Positions 28,912 through 46,400 of a stretch of 64,000 nt of DNA are shown here, one piece after another. How positions within the stretch are numbered: position 1 is the stretch's first letter; every line of letters begins with the position of its first letter. The stretch lies in assembly GCF_009914755.1 (NCBI RefSeq), contig NC_060931.1; one strand, 5' to 3'. The notes under the pieces were generated by a model. That model was not told the DNA's origin and did no database searches. It worked only from the letters and a program-made list of their open reading frames with translations. Source of the stretch: the human T2T-CHM13v2.0 reference genome, Homo sapiens. Made by a program: the position numbers and the translations under genes.

Positions 28912-30339
28912 AGTAGTGTCCCTTCCTTCTCTCTCCTTCTCTAGGCATTAAGTCTGTCCAGGAACCCCTTTATCTGCTTCCCTGCTCCCTCTGTACTTCT
29001 GGCTTTGGCTTATTAACCCCATTCTTTGCTTCTTTAGTTTGCAGTTTACCTGCTCAGGTAAACTTAAACATTAACTGGGGACCTTATTCTCTCTGGTTTT
29101 CAAAGTGTCTAGTGACTATTTTAAAAAAGGAATAGGATTAGCCTGTTTGTCAGAGCTAATGTCTTCAGTGATTATATTTTTCAAGTTATGTATTTACTTA
29201 ACACAGCCATGCTTTAATGCAGGGTAACTCTAGAGGCCAAAATTTTTAGACCCTGTGCAAAGAAAAAGAAGAGCTTAAGACCATTCTTTTAGTTATTCTG
29301 ATAGGGTATTTTTCCCACAGAACCTGTTGGTGACTTTATGTTTTTAATTTTATCTAAAATTTGATTATTATTATTATTCAGATTTCTTTTGCTTTTGATT
29401 CTTGTATACTAAACAAATTTTGAAGACAATTTTCGTGCATTTAAAAAAAACTTTATAAAATACTTTTCAAAGAATTAGTAGATGATTGAGGTCTCTAACA
29501 ATTCTTAAACTATATTTTCACTTAGTAAAAGGTAACACTTTTACAATACAATTTTTATTTCTTGAGTAACAAGAATACAGAGGGAAAAGTTACGGTTCTC
29601 AGTATCCAACCATTTAGCTATATACCAACATAGTAGCAGACCAGACGCTTCTCAGTGAAGCTAATCCAAGCCAGCACCTTATGTTCTCTGCCCAAACTCT
29701 AGGAAACTTGTACCTTTACCAAAAAATCTCAGAGACTGGCTTGGAAACCACTGGGTAAATCAGTAGGATTGTTTTATTATCTAGTTACCTTAAGGACTTT
29801 AACTGGGGCCTCAAAGTCTTTTCAGACCACTAAGCAGGAAGCGTGTGCTGTTAGCCATAATGTGGCTGCAATAAGAATGATAGTTTTGGGTCAGCTAACA
29901 GTATGTTATGGATGAATGTGGCTCCTTTCATCTCTCTGAATCTTGGCTTTGTTGTCTGTAAAATCAAGCAGGGGTGGGATTGAATGATAGCCGAGGTCTT
30001 TATTAGTTTGTTACTGGCTTCAACAGAGTTGGGAAGCCTCAAGCCACATGAACCTTTCTCAGAACTGCTTCTCAGGACACCTTAGGGTAGCTGAGTGATT
30101 ACAAAAAGCATCTGAACTATGTGCAGATGCCTTGGAATAGAAGCAGGGGATCTGGAAAGGCTGTTCCCCAAGGTCTCTGCAGTCAGCCATGCACTTAGAT
30201 TTGACTACAGACAAAACAGATGTATTCAAAAAATTGAATGGCATGTTTTACCTAAATGGTAGGGGTTAGGGAAGATAGCTTCTTAATGGGTCTTTGTGCC
30301 ATGTCTCTTTATTCCTTATGATTAGTACAGCTGAATCCT

Positions 30340-30442
30340 GATTCTCTTTCCTTTTCCTTGTCTTCCTTCCCTCTCTTCCTGTCTCTCTTTTTTTCTCCCT
30401 CCCTCTCTCATTGCTCATTTTTTTCCTTTTCTTCCTTTCTTG
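30340..30442. repeat. CT-rich low-complexity tract
   Basis: About 100 bp, almost all pyrimidine. Confidence 0.8.
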
Positions 30443-31603
30443 CCACTCTAACAGGCTGAGAACAGGACTTTTAGGAGCTAGCTTTCCAGAAGTGATATAG
30501 TTACATTGCCTTATCTGGATTTCCAGAGCGCATTTCTCCTCATGTGCTTTTTCGCAAGAGAGAGAACATAACATAAGCCCCTAATCCTTTCAAATATGTT
30601 AAAGAGAACAATGCTGTGATTGAAGCAAGGAGACTGGGATTTGACTCTCGTGTCTTCCTCTTACCTACTATTTGTATGGCTATTGAAGAAGTCACTGAAT
30701 AGATTTCATTATATCTAAAATGTGAGTATAATCCTCATTGAACTCTTAGGATTTCATTAACACTGAAATTCTATTGAAAAACAGTTTTTAAACTGATATA
30801 CCATGGAAATTATTTTTTCATGTGCCTAGGTAGGTTTGTTTTCTTTCTTCTCTCTGTAATTCCAGAGTTGTTATAATGTGTCTTTCTCTCATGCTAGACT
30901 CTAAATTCATTGAGAGAGGACCTTGTTTTATTCACCTTTTAAGTTTTAATTAATAAGCCTATAGAACCTATAAAATGAGTCAGCATTTAGTAGGGTCTTA
31001 TGTGTACTAATGTGTCTGAAGGCATGTACACATAAATTTAACTAATTTTTATTTTACTTATGATTCTGTCCAGTTTTTAATACAATATTAAAACCTGAGG
31101 AAAGCAGAATATTTAACTTTGTTATTATAGTTGATTAAATACTTTACTGTCTTTTTGCATATTCAATTATCTGTAGCTTGTGCAGTCTTGTAAGACACTG
31201 GTTGTGGTACTCACTCATTCATTCTTAATCCATTCATCTATCCAACCAATAGTTATTTTCCCCATTAACTGTCCTCTGAATTGTGCTAGGCACAAAACAG
31301 ATGTAAACTCTGACATCATGAAGCTTATAGTCAATGGAGGAGAAGGCAATAAAATAAGTAAACACAAATGAATATGTAATGGCAAAGTGATATAAGTGTT
31401 AGGGAGAGCATCCGGTTTCAAGTGAATGAGAATAACAGTGTCACCCACTCTAGAATGGATATATTTAAATTCTTTGAGGAAGTGGCACTGAAGCTAAGAG
31501 AGATCTACTCTTGACGATGATTAGTTCTTGGCTAGACAAAACCAAACCAAACCAAAACAACACAACGGATGAAGAGTGGATCAGACATGTTACATGGTAC
31601 ATA

Positions 31604-31832
31604 CAGATGGAGTATCCCTTATCCAAAATTCTTGGAACCAAAATCCTTTGAATATTTTCAGAATATATACCAGTTGAGCAGCCCTAATTTGAAATCCAGA
31701 ATCCACAACCCAGAATGCTCCAACGAGCATCTCCTTTGAGCATCATGTCGGTGCTCAAAACGTTTCAGATTTTGGAGCATTTTGGATTTCAGATTTTCAG
31801 ATCAATGCTCAACCTATATAATGCTCAACCTG
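31604..31832. mobile_element. Tigger4a/MER46-like DNA transposon inside an antisense L2 (~31210-31920)
   Basis: TA-cagatggagtatcccttatcc…tcctttgagcatcatgtcggtgctcaaaa…atgctcaacctg-TA. Confidence 0.85.
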
Positions 31833-32029
31833 TATAAAGGCCCTGAGGTAGGAAAGAGCCATGAGGACTCAAAGAATTGAAAGGTAAGCATGAGGAATAG
31901 TGGCATGAGGGACGGTGATGCTGTTCATAGTGCCCAATTCCCCAAATGTTTTATTCCCTTACTAAATTACTCCGTTGTAGTTGCTTTTTTTGGTGTTTCA
32001 TTTTTCAACATCCTCATATGCCTCCTTTC

Positions 32030-32298
32030 TTGGTAACAGCTTTATTGAGATATAATTTACATATCATACAGTTCAACCATTTAAAGCATACAATTCAGTG
32101 GTCGTTAGTATATTCACAGAGTTGTGCACCCATCACTACAATCAATTTTAGAACAACTTCATCGCTATTCTCTTTAGCTGTCACCCCTAAATCCCTCCAT
32201 TCCCGATGCCCTAGGAAACCACTAATGTACTTTTTCCCCATTTATCTATTTTGGATATTTCATATACATGGAATTATATAATTTGTGATCTTTTGTGT
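32030..32298 (-). mobile_element. L1M 3' end fragment
   Basis: aacagctttattgagatataatttacat…tcacagagttgtgcacc…tggatatttcatata. Confidence 0.85.
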
Positions 32299-33921
32299 CA
32301 TGCCTCTTTTAACAATTTTCTATTGCATGTTCATCTGCTTTTCATCTTTGCTCCCAAGTTACCGCAGTTATGGACTTTTTTTTGCCTTCAGTGTGCTACC
32401 TTGTTCCAGTGAAGTTATTTCTCTTTTTGTTTCCCTACACCATTAGCAATGTCCAAACTTCGAAGAGTTTCCATATTGCTAAATGAAGTCATAAAATTTA
32501 TATTAATGAAAAGTTGTCTTTCTAGTTTCTTATAATCGAGTGTTTAGAAATCTTTACAAATCACCAGTTGGTTATTTTTCTGTTGCTCAAATTTGTGCTC
32601 TTTCACCTAAAAGAATTAGGAATCCAAATGAGATTTTGTACTATAATAGACAAATTGCACAAAGCTTCCATCCACCTCTAAATAAAAGGAGAACTTCGTC
32701 AGCATACATTTTGACATTTTAGATGGTATGTGTAAAGAACACATACGTACCCAAATCTCTTCCAGTGATTTCTCAAAAGGTGAGCTCTCTGCTTTAAAAA
32801 TAGAACATTGATGATTCAGTGCCCAATATTTGTTAGTATGAACTTAAAAAATATTGATTGATTGATAACTAATAGCAAAATTTGGTTGTTGGGTAGATAT
32901 CTGCAGTCTGCTGAAAATCAAAATGTTATGGTTAAAGAACGAGTTTAGTAGCACTAATCAGAATTCCTTGGTTTCTTGGGAAATTAGGGGGTTGCTGCTT
33001 TACTACCAAAGAAAAGGAATTAAGAAGTATTAATAATCTTCATTTGTTTTTGGCTAGACAACTTGTGGGATGCAGTAGGGGGTAGAGTGTATACATACTA
33101 TTAAACTATCTTCTGAAATAAATTGTAGAGGGCATTTTTTGAAGGCAGAAAAGGAAGAGTCAGTGTGTTTCCTAAGCCAAAGCTTTGGTCATTGTCACTA
33201 CTCCCTTTCTGTTAAGCAAAGGACAGAAACTCTGATGTTACGAACAAGAGAGGAGGGTGAAGGTGAGGCGGTGAGAGCCTCAGTGCTAGCAAAGGGTTTT
33301 AGACGCACACTCCCTCATGGAGAGCAGATCTAGTCAGGCAGTCATGTTCACACATCTTTGGTCTTTGCACTCTGAGCAATACAAAATTTAAGAATTATGG
33401 TTGGAATTATAGATAATTGGGAGTCAAAATTTAAGACACCTTCTTCCCCAATATGTTTTAGGCAAAGAAGAGGCTGGCGTCAAGTATTTAAGAGCTATTT
33501 TAGCTAATGGCAACAGATAGATTATGGAGAATCACTGCTTGTTCTGTGGGCCAGGTGGTAATTACAGACTTAGAGATATAAGAGTTGAATGTGTTCCATT
33601 CTCTAACACCTTCACACGCCTCTTTTTGAAATTCTCTATTGCGTGTTCATTTACTTCCCTCCCTTTGCTCCCAAGTCACAGCAATTAAGGGCTTTTTCTT
33701 CCCTTCATTGTGCCAGTGTGTCCCAGTGATGTTATTTCTCTTTTCTTCAGACAATGAGTAGCTTCCAAAATCCATGATGATCTCCAAATTACTAACTACA
33801 GAAGTCAAATGGAACTACATTCAAGGTGTTTAGAAACTCTCATAAGATTGTAATAATATGAAGAATAATAGGTAAAATATTTTGTCATATCTGAATATAT
33901 TCAAAAGTTGTGATTGAAGTC

Positions 33922-34108
33922 TTTTTTTCTTTTTGTTTTTGTTTGTTTGTTTTTAAGAGACAGGGCCTTTGTCTCACTCTGGTGCCCAGGTTAAAGTGCA
34001 GCGGGTGATCACAGCTTATTGCAGCCTCCAACTTCTGGGCTCAAATGATCTTCCTGCCTCAGCCTCCTGAGTAGCTGAAACCGCAGGCACATACTACCAC
34101 ACCTGGCT
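33922..34108 (-). mobile_element. FRAM or AluJ right monomer
   Basis: Single Alu monomer; TSD tgattgaagt. Confidence 0.85.
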
Positions 34109-35467
34109 TTGATTGAAGTTTTTAGCCTCCTTTTTGTGGGATCCAAAAACATTCCTTTCTGCATTATGTGGAAGAAATTAATAATTTTCAAAAAAGACAG
34201 CATGTTCCTTCAACTAAGTTTATTCAGAAAATGGCCTGTATTCATTAAAAGACCTTGGCTGAGTTCTTTGGACCTGTGAGGCCTTAGTTTTATTGTCAGT
34301 AAAATAAAGAGTTGGGCCTAGATTGGTTTTTAGTAAGGTGATTGGTGCAAGACCTTTTCAAATGATATTGTTTCTTTATATCAGAATCCCAATGTGCCCT
34401 GCTCCCCCTTCCCTAAATAAAGTGACTTATTTTTTATTTGATTTTACTTTTGTATAGCACCCTAAGGTTAACAGTCTTTCAAAATAACTCTCAGAATTAA
34501 ATCAACTGGCTGTGAACTTTGGGCCCTGTCCTAACTGAGTCCTCTGGTCTTTAATGTAGCTGAAACTGCTCACCATGGAAACAGCTGATAGCAGTGGTCT
34601 GTTTGTCAAGGAAAGCAAATCTTGATTCAGACTTCTTCCCACCCTCAGCTCACCATCCTTAGCTTCTGTCACAAATTGCATTGGAAAATACATTGGAAAA
34701 ACACAAAAACACAGAAATATGAACTCTGGCTCAAAATAGAACAAATTCCACAAAAATTGCCCATGGCATATCAGTAAAATACAGGATTAATCACAAAAAA
34801 TAATTATAGTCTTTGGACATATCAGAATCTCATAATATATTTAGAACTGTTCATTCCTCTTATCACCCTCTTAAGAAAAAAAAATCCACTGAGCATTTAG
34901 TTAAGCAGTGGTGATATTCTAGATGACATGTGAGAAGACTTGTCAAATATCCATGACTTGAAACTAAAAACAGCATGACTTCTTGTCATTTTAGGGAGAC
35001 TTAGGAGCTAAGTCTGGTAGCTTTGGCATCAGCTTATTTTTAGCAGTGTGTGATGTCTGTTTTTCCTGGTTATTATCCCTGGGCTCAATTTTGCAATTAT
35101 AGGATGCACATGTTATTCAGCAGATATGAACGTTTTCACTTAGCAAACTGTGTACGTGAACACCTTTTTAAATGACTTAATGGGCTCGAGTTTTGTTGGT
35201 TGTTTTGCATTTAAAATGGCACTTGAGACAGATAACCAAAAGCATAAAATGGAAAAAGTGATTATTGTAGAAAAATGGGAAAGCAACATGTTTCTGTAAA
35301 TGCTTTCGTGTCGCTTACTCAGAGAAACACCATTTGACTATTGGAAGTTGCTATGGGAAGCATGCAACATTTCCATGGCGTTACATTTTACTTTCTTATT
35401 TGCTTGCTTGCAGTTATTCTTTAAAAATATCTATATCTATATATCTGTGTGTGAATATACACGCGTG

Positions 35468-35493
35468 CACACACACACACACACACACACACA
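35468..35493. repeat. (CA)n microsatellite
   Basis: Direct observation. Confidence 0.9.
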
Positions 35494-36833
35494 TCTCTAG
35501 CCTTTCATCCATCTATTTTTTTTTTTTTTAATGTGTCTGAGCACCACTTCTTAGGCAAGGTCAACACAGTAAAACTCAGCTTTGATTATAATGTTCACCC
35601 TCCTGGAATTGGTCCATTACAACCATTGTGTGAATAACCTTGTAGAAGTTTCCTGTAAATGTGTTGGCTCCTTGGCACCATAGTGTTCTCAGCGTTCATA
35701 CTGTGGGACTGCTTTAAAGTTCAACTCCCCTTAGCAAGAGCCTTGGTATTTCAGAGACTAAATTATCTTGTGGCTGAGTAATGCCAAGTATATACCTGCT
35801 TTATTCCTAATTCTGCTGGATAGCATATTATTTTTTATTAATGTCATGGCATATATTAGTTATTATTCAAGGACTGCTAGGGAAAGAAATGAGCCATTGG
35901 ATGACCATATAAATTCCTCTATAACTCTGATAGATCAAGACCAATGGAGCTAGTGCTTAATTTCCACCATTAACTGTACTGTCATTATCAAAATTCATGG
36001 ATTGAATATACATAGTTTAGAAATTCTCACGCATGACTCTGTTTGAAGCAGTAGTAACTTCATATGAATTTTTAAAGGCAGAAATTAGTTACAAGGACTG
36101 CATAAAAGGAAAAAAGCAGATCAGTTGTAAGTTATCAACATAGTGAACAACATTATTACTCATTCTTAAGCACTAGGTGTGATTCTAAATCAGCTTTCTG
36201 TTTCTAGTTCTCACCCTCATCTCCATGCCCGTTCTTACCCTCACCCAAATAATATTTGACTGATACCAGAAATATTCTTCTCTCTTTATTTGCTACATTA
36301 GGGATTTCAGAGGGAATTCTTTTCATCCAGGAAAAAGAAAATCAGGCCAGTTTTGAGGAACTAAAAATAAAGCTATGCAAAATTGTTTTCAAAGTGGAAT
36401 TCATTGCCATTTGTTTTTATGCATGACAATCCTTTAGAATATAGCATTGAATCAAACTATGATTCTGACTTCAATGATTTTTATAGTCAGTTTACGAATA
36501 TTCACTATAGATTTTCTTATATATGGTTTGTATCTAAACAGATCTAATTTAAATCCTGGAAGCATGATAGTAATAGTAGTAATGGTAGTGATATAATGAG
36601 TTCATCATATGTGACAGACTGTGATAAATTATTTTACATCTATTTTCTCCTTAAGTTCTCACTACCTTTTTCAAGTGGATACTGTTCACCCCATTTAAAA
36701 TGTAATGAAGTAGGAAATGTCTTACTATTTTGACAAAAATACAAAATCCTCTTAGGAAGATAATTGTGTTTGTTTGCAAAAATTTCTTTCTTTCTTTTTT
36801 TTTTTTAAAAAGGTAGTATTTACCATATTCTTT

Positions 36834-39841
<3,008 letters not shown>

Positions 39842-40047
39842 CTATTAATACCTGTGTGCCTCCCTCTCCCTCTCTCCTTGCAAGGACATCTTCTGCTGGT
39901 GCCAAGACATCAGAATGAGATCTAGATTGCAAATGGTGTAAGAAGGGTTTAGAACTCCTGGTTTTAGGAGATGGAGGGAGTGTGGAATAGAGATGAGAGG
40001 GAGAGAAAGAAATGGAGCCAAATAGCAAGATGGTGGGAAGCTGTAGT

Positions 40048-40060
40048 GAGAGAGAGAGAG

Positions 40061-40105
<45 letters not shown>
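40048..40105. repeat. (AG)n(GT)n microsatellite
   Basis: Direct observation. Confidence 0.95.
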
Positions 40106-40106
<1 letters not shown>

Positions 40107-40655
40107 ACATGCTCATTTAGTTATTTGGGTTTTGGCTCAAGTGGATACAGTGCTGGAGAGAGCCCAAGAAGCAGAGTGGGGCAGGCTGCAACCTTTCTAG
40201 GAACTCCTTTGGACATGCACCAGCCAAAAAATTAGGGGCTCAAGTCTATTTCATTAAGAATCTAGGTTGGCAGGGAAATGCCCAGGGACATCGCTCACAT
40301 CACAGTGTAAGAAATTGAGAAAAAATGCTCTCCTGAAGTCATTCAATTAATCAGGGGCAAGGATGGAATGCAAAGCCAAGTCTCTCAATTCAGAGTACTG
40401 GATTCTCTTTATTATACCTTCCTGGCACTCTAGAATAATGATTCTAGCATGAGACATGGTAATCTCAACAAATAAATGCTATGATTATGTTTATGCTTAC
40501 TAGCAGTTCTAGTAATCTTCCATTTCTAAACTTGGTAGTCAGGTAATCAGATGTGTTAAAATTTTCTTTTAAATGATTCATTCTAGACAGTGGAAAGTAT
40601 GCTTAAGAATATTAAATATTTAATTTTATTGGGTATCACCATCATATAATTATAA

Positions 40656-40979
<324 letters not shown>

Positions 40980-41136
40980 TGACACTTTATTTTATCCTGT
41001 GGCACCAAGTAATTATGATGCTTTACTTATAATCTATACACACTACGTTTGCTATTCCTTTTTTCCGTGTCAGGGAAAAGTAAAGTGGCAAGTTTTACAA
41101 ACTGTTTTGTAATATGTTGGACTGTATGAGACACCT

Positions 41137-41588
41137 CTAGTAGGCTGAATAATGGCACCCCATAAAATATCCACCTTCTAATCCTTGGCATCTGTGAATG
41201 TTACCTCATATGGCCAAAAAGGATTTTGCAAATATGGTTAAGGCAGGGAGATTACTCTGATTATTCTGTATTGTCCAGGTGGGCCCTAAATGCAGTCACA
41301 TGTATCTTATAAAGAGGGAGACAGAGGGGTATTTAATACGTACAGAAGGGAAGAAGGCAATGCGATCATGAAAGCAAAGACTGGGCAGCCTCCGGAAGTT
41401 AGAGTCTTCAAGGAATGAATTATCTCCTAGAGCCTCTGGGGGAGAACAGCCCCGCCAACACCTTGATTTTGGCCCAGGAAAACTGATGTGGGACTTCTGT
41501 CCTCCAGAACTGTGAGAGCATACATTCTGTTGTTCTGTGGCACAACGGTTGTGGTCATTTGTTATGGCAGCCACAAGAAATGAATACA
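41137..41588 (+). mobile_element. MLT1D-like LTR
   Basis: taggctgaataatggc…tgtgaatgttacct…ttctcctagagcct…gcagccacaagaaatgaataca. Confidence 0.85.
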
Positions 41589-44500
41589 ACACTGTGGAGA
41601 AGTGTAAGCCCATAAGCAACCTCAGTCCATGATGAAAGCCATGGCTAGATGTAGGTGTTTTCCCCCAAAGCCAGGGTACTCATTACTCAAATAAAATTCA
41701 TATCTTCCCAAAATGAAATCTGCAAACATCCCGGGACCCTTCTACCTGGGAAAGGACCTTCTGATAGGAAAACAGTGACAGCATATTAATCTACTGCTTG
41801 GGGAATTCTTGGCAACAGGGATATGGCCTCCATCCCATGGGAGACAGAACTGGCAAAAGAAGAAATTGTGGATATTGTTGTATTTTTTAAAGATGGAAAC
41901 ATCTGCATAAAAGTTATTGTACAGGGTTTTCTCTTTGAGCCCACAAAAACAAGAAAAAAAATACTGTCTTCCACCGAACTTTAAAAAAGTCACTCTTAGA
42001 CTAGATCCAGATTTTATCCCATCTCTTATTATTTTACTTCAAATAAGCAAAATTAGGAAACTGTCAATACTTTGTATTATGTAGGAAAAATTGTTATACA
42101 TTATGCTTAGGCTATTGATTAGTGAATATTTTCTTTTTAGCTGTGCAGTTACTATATCCATCTAATTATGATAACAGATTTTTAAAATAAGTTATTGGTT
42201 GGTATGCAGTATTTGAAAGAATGAAATTAACCTTTTCCTTTCATTATCAAGGATTTTAACTTACATGCCTATGTCACTGAACATACACATATATAGAATA
42301 CATATATACACTGAATATATATATATATTCTGTTTTTTATTTGAAGTTCTTTAGTAATAAAATATCACCTTAAAAACAAAGCAATTTCTTTGACACAGCA
42401 TTTAATTTGGAGGTCACTCATATTTTAAATGGGGAGCCAAACTTTAAAGTTTTTTTTTTTTTTTTAAAGAGAGTGTCTACAATAGAATTTGACTTCCCAT
42501 GCCTTCATAAAGCTAAAATTCTCAATGAGCAGCATTTTTATTTAGGATAAACTGGCCTCTATGAAAACAAGCATCTTCAGCTTTTGAGAAGTTGTGTGCC
42601 CTGATTAGCAAGCAAGCCACACTAGACTTTAAAATTGAACTGAGGGCCCTGCTGAAGCACAGCTTCTATTGTTCTGTAATGAGTGTTTTGCAGAGTCCTT
42701 TCAAAAGTAAACTGTATTGTTCCCTTGCTAGTTTCAGTACATCTGAATGAGGTGATTATGTTCCTTAAAAAGCACTTTCAGGACTGCAGAAAAATTATCT
42801 ACTTTAAAAAACATTTTTTCCCTTTATCTGGTGATAAATTTTAAAACCTTGAACATTTCATGAGCATCCTGGCAAGAGGTTTAAAATTATCTGGAAATCC
42901 TGCCTTTGATCCAAGGTGCAGAGAGTCTAAAAACCCATCAGAGCCTATAGGCAGGTCTCTGCTGCCTGAGCTGCTGCTTGAGCAGGAAATTTTGCATAGT
43001 AAATACTTTAAAACTTTGGTATTCAGAGAGCAATATTAAATCTAGGTGAGGACTAACATCTCTGAATAGAGCAAAATTTCATGATGCCAGGGTACTTGTA
43101 TAGCTATTGACAGCCTAGTTTTTCAAATAAAATTTTAAACTGCTGGGGCACTTGGAGTCCATTTGTATTTTTCTGATGCAATGTCCGTGGGGCTTTCAGA
43201 ATAGCGGGGACACGGGTGGGATTGGAGCTCTTTTTTTTAACCTCTTTTCATTTCCACATGTCTGTTATTCTTAGTGACTTGTATCATTTCCGTATTACCA
43301 AGTTGAAACAGCCACAATCTTGGCCCTGCTGTCAATAAATTTGTTGAATTATTTATTCATTTCATTTATTTATTTATTTCAATAAATAATGTCTTAGAGC
43401 AGGACCAAGACTGTGGCTTTATAGATTTGAAATATTTTAGGGAAAGCAGAGTTTACAATAAAGGAGGCAAATATTGGATTGGATCTAGAATACCCTATCA
43501 GTTCATTGAATCATAATTTCCCCACATAAAACCTTGGGTTCTTAATTTATCGAATTGACCCTAGTCCTTTATTGTGTCAGGACTTTTTTCCTAAATCCTA
43601 ATTGAGTGACAAGTTCTATTTGAAGAATTCCAGCACTTCACCACTCTGTGTGTAGATGAGTTATTTTTCTGTCTCCTAGAGAGTATAGAGCAAGGCTACA
43701 AAGAGCCTGTACCCCAAGGGTCTCCTGCATTTTCCGATGCCCCTAAGCATATTTTAGGTGATATAGAAAGGATTAGACATGTCTTAATTTGGCCCAAATA
43801 AGTAACTTAATTTGGCCCAATGAAACAACCCTTGAAATACGTTGTGTTTCCAAAACAATCAGTAAGAGGAGAGTGATCCCCCAGGGAGCCCCTCACTTCT
43901 CCTGCTCATCCTTCTGTCCCCCCAGTGGCAATTTTCATTCTTATCCCTGAGGTTCTTCTCCCTATTAAAAAAATACACGTTTGAAGATGAAATATACTGG
44001 ATTCTTGTGCAGTGCCATGACGTCTTATGGAGACATCTGTTCTGTTGTTACTGGGATGAAGTGAACGTCACCACATGGAACTTTGTTGTGCCTCCCTCAC
44101 CATGCAAGGGAATTAGAGTTTTGTTAATTCCCTAGTTGTTTCTCTGCTTTAATCAGAGGGACAACTGGTCAGAGAGTTTTGTCCTTCCTGGGACCAGCTC
44201 ATTTTAGGCCATTCTAATGACTTTGCAGCTTGCCCTTGGGCCCAGGCCTTTGATTTCAGGTGGCCCATAGGGCTGCAGACTTTTACTTCCCTTGAAATGA
44301 ACAGCTCCATCATCCATCCTCCTAGAGGACGTGGCGGGTCAAGACTATTCAGCTTCACGTTCACAACTTCTGCCTCCTCCTCTCCCTGCTCCCAAGTGTG
44401 TGGCGTAAACCGATAGCAGCCACCATTATATGATGCTGAGGGAGCCTCCTTCCTTATAACCTTCCGTTGTAACAGCTGCATCCACAGAAACCCTGGACTT

Positions 44501-45084
44501 AGTTGTGAGATATATTCAGTCCCTCCAGGGCAGGGGATGTCCTTCAGTTCCATCCTTGGATCCCTAGTTTTGAATCACTTTTGATTTATAGTAACCTGGG
44601 TGAGATGCTTCCAAAACTCCATCCCCTGCTGCTTCATCACCTAAATGTGACACTAGGGCAAAGATCTCCCCCTGCTTTTGTAAACTGGTCTATCCTGTGC
44701 ACCTACGCCTATTGTCAAATTAATAAATCTCTATAATGGCATATTTGTATTTTGTAGGAATTGCTGATAGTAATTCTTTTCAGAACCTGGAAGAACATTC
44801 TTCAAAGAAATCAGGAAATTAAGTTATATTACTTGTTAATTCTTACCACACAACTGACTACATTAAGACATTTTTAAAAAAGCTCTATGCGTATGATGCT
44901 TTTGGTCAGTCTGATTATGAAAATGGTATGTTTTAGAAGAAGTTCTATTTATTGACAGGGTGGAGGCAGAAGCTGTTTTTATATTACCATGTCATGTTTT
45001 TAAGTATGTAAATAAGATGAATTGCTGCTATGATCAAGTAAAAATTAAAAGCAATGTAATAAATTCATAGAGAGTGAGTGTTTC

Positions 45085-45348
45085 TTGGGAGGCCGAGGCA
45101 GGCAGATCACAAGGTCAGAAGTTTGAGAACAGCCTGACTAACATGGTGAAACCTCGTATCTACTAAAAATACAAAAATTAGCTAGGCGTGGTGGCGGGCA
45201 CCTGTAATCCCAGCTACTCAGGAGGTTGAGGCAGGAGAATTGCTTGAACTCAGGAGGCAGGAGGCGGAGGTTGCAGTGAGCCACGATCGCACCATTACAC
45301 TCTAGCCTGGGTGACAGAGCGAGACTCCATCTCAAAAAAAAAAAAAAA
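45085..45348 (+). mobile_element. 5'-truncated AluS (Sg-like)
   Basis: Starts at ttgggaggccgagg; A tail; flanks gagtgtttct/gagtgtctct; internal 7-bp ggaggca duplication. Confidence 0.93.
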
Positions 45349-45849
45349 GAGTGTCTCTTTTTATTTTACCTATTAATTTGGTGCACAGTATGGCTGTGCA
45401 TGATGTATTCTTAGTGTAGGCATTATACAAAAATCCTGTGCCATGTGGCAGATAATCTCATTAGAAGAAGAAAAAAAGCCTAAATCGACATGGATCACCT
45501 GGTAGTGTCACAGTCTTCTCTATTGCTGGATCTATTTATGCAAAAAACATAAAATCTTCATACCCTCACGTCTATCTACATGTCACACCTGGTTTTGATT
45601 TTAATGACTTTCAGACTCTTCAGTGGGAAGGAAATAAATAATAAAAGCAGTGTTATTGAAAAATTCTGGAAATAAAAACATTTTCTGATTATGAATAATA
45701 CATGTTTATTTTAGAAAATTTGGAAATAAAAAAAAGGATAAACAAGATAAAGTCACCTTAAATACCAGCTCTAAGAGGGATCCATTAACACTTTGAGGTA
45801 TTTTCTTCCCACAGTTCATGGAAAGTGAAGGCTTCTGAACTGCTTGTTG

Positions 45850-46400
45850 TTCCTCATTCTTTGTTCCTGATTACTGTAACTGGAACCTTCTTCTGGTCCA
45901 CCAAATCAGAAACCTTCGGGGTTATCTTGGACTTCCCCTTTCACTCACCCTGTCATCTTTTGGCCCTGTGGGTCCTACCTCTGTGGATTTCCCTGCCCAT
46001 TCCCTCTGGTTCAACCCCACTCCTATTATTCTAATTCAGTCTCCCTTTCTCTCTTATTTGGAATTCTGCTGCAGCTTTCTGCCCAGTCTTCCTGTACCTA
46101 GTCATACCCTCCTCTGCTATATGCACCATTCTGAGACCACCATATTTTTTTTTCCCTAAAAGTTAACCCTATGATGTTGTACTCTTGTTTAAGCCTCTGA
46201 AAGCCTCTCTGCTCTCCTTTTCGTGATCTGCCCTGATAAGTTTCTTCTTTCCATCTCTTCCTTAGCCTCACTCTCTGCCTTTTCTCTTTCCATCTCCTCT
46301 CCAGCCATCATCTCAGTCACTGTGCTAGCAGTTTCTGGATCATCCTCTTTTTTTGCTTGCACAGTCACACATTCTGTTCCCTGTACCTTTTCTTCTAACC
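45850..46400 (+). mobile_element. L2 fragment
   Basis: caaatcagaaaccttcggggttatcttggacttc…ggaattctgctgcagctttct motifs. Confidence 0.6.

Noticed and set aside
35034-36370. MEF2-like sites (ttatttttag at 35034, ctaaaaataa at 36361), given that HDAC9 is a MEF2 target
   Set aside because: Such motifs are expected by chance in AT-rich DNA and cannot be supported without conservation or ChIP data.
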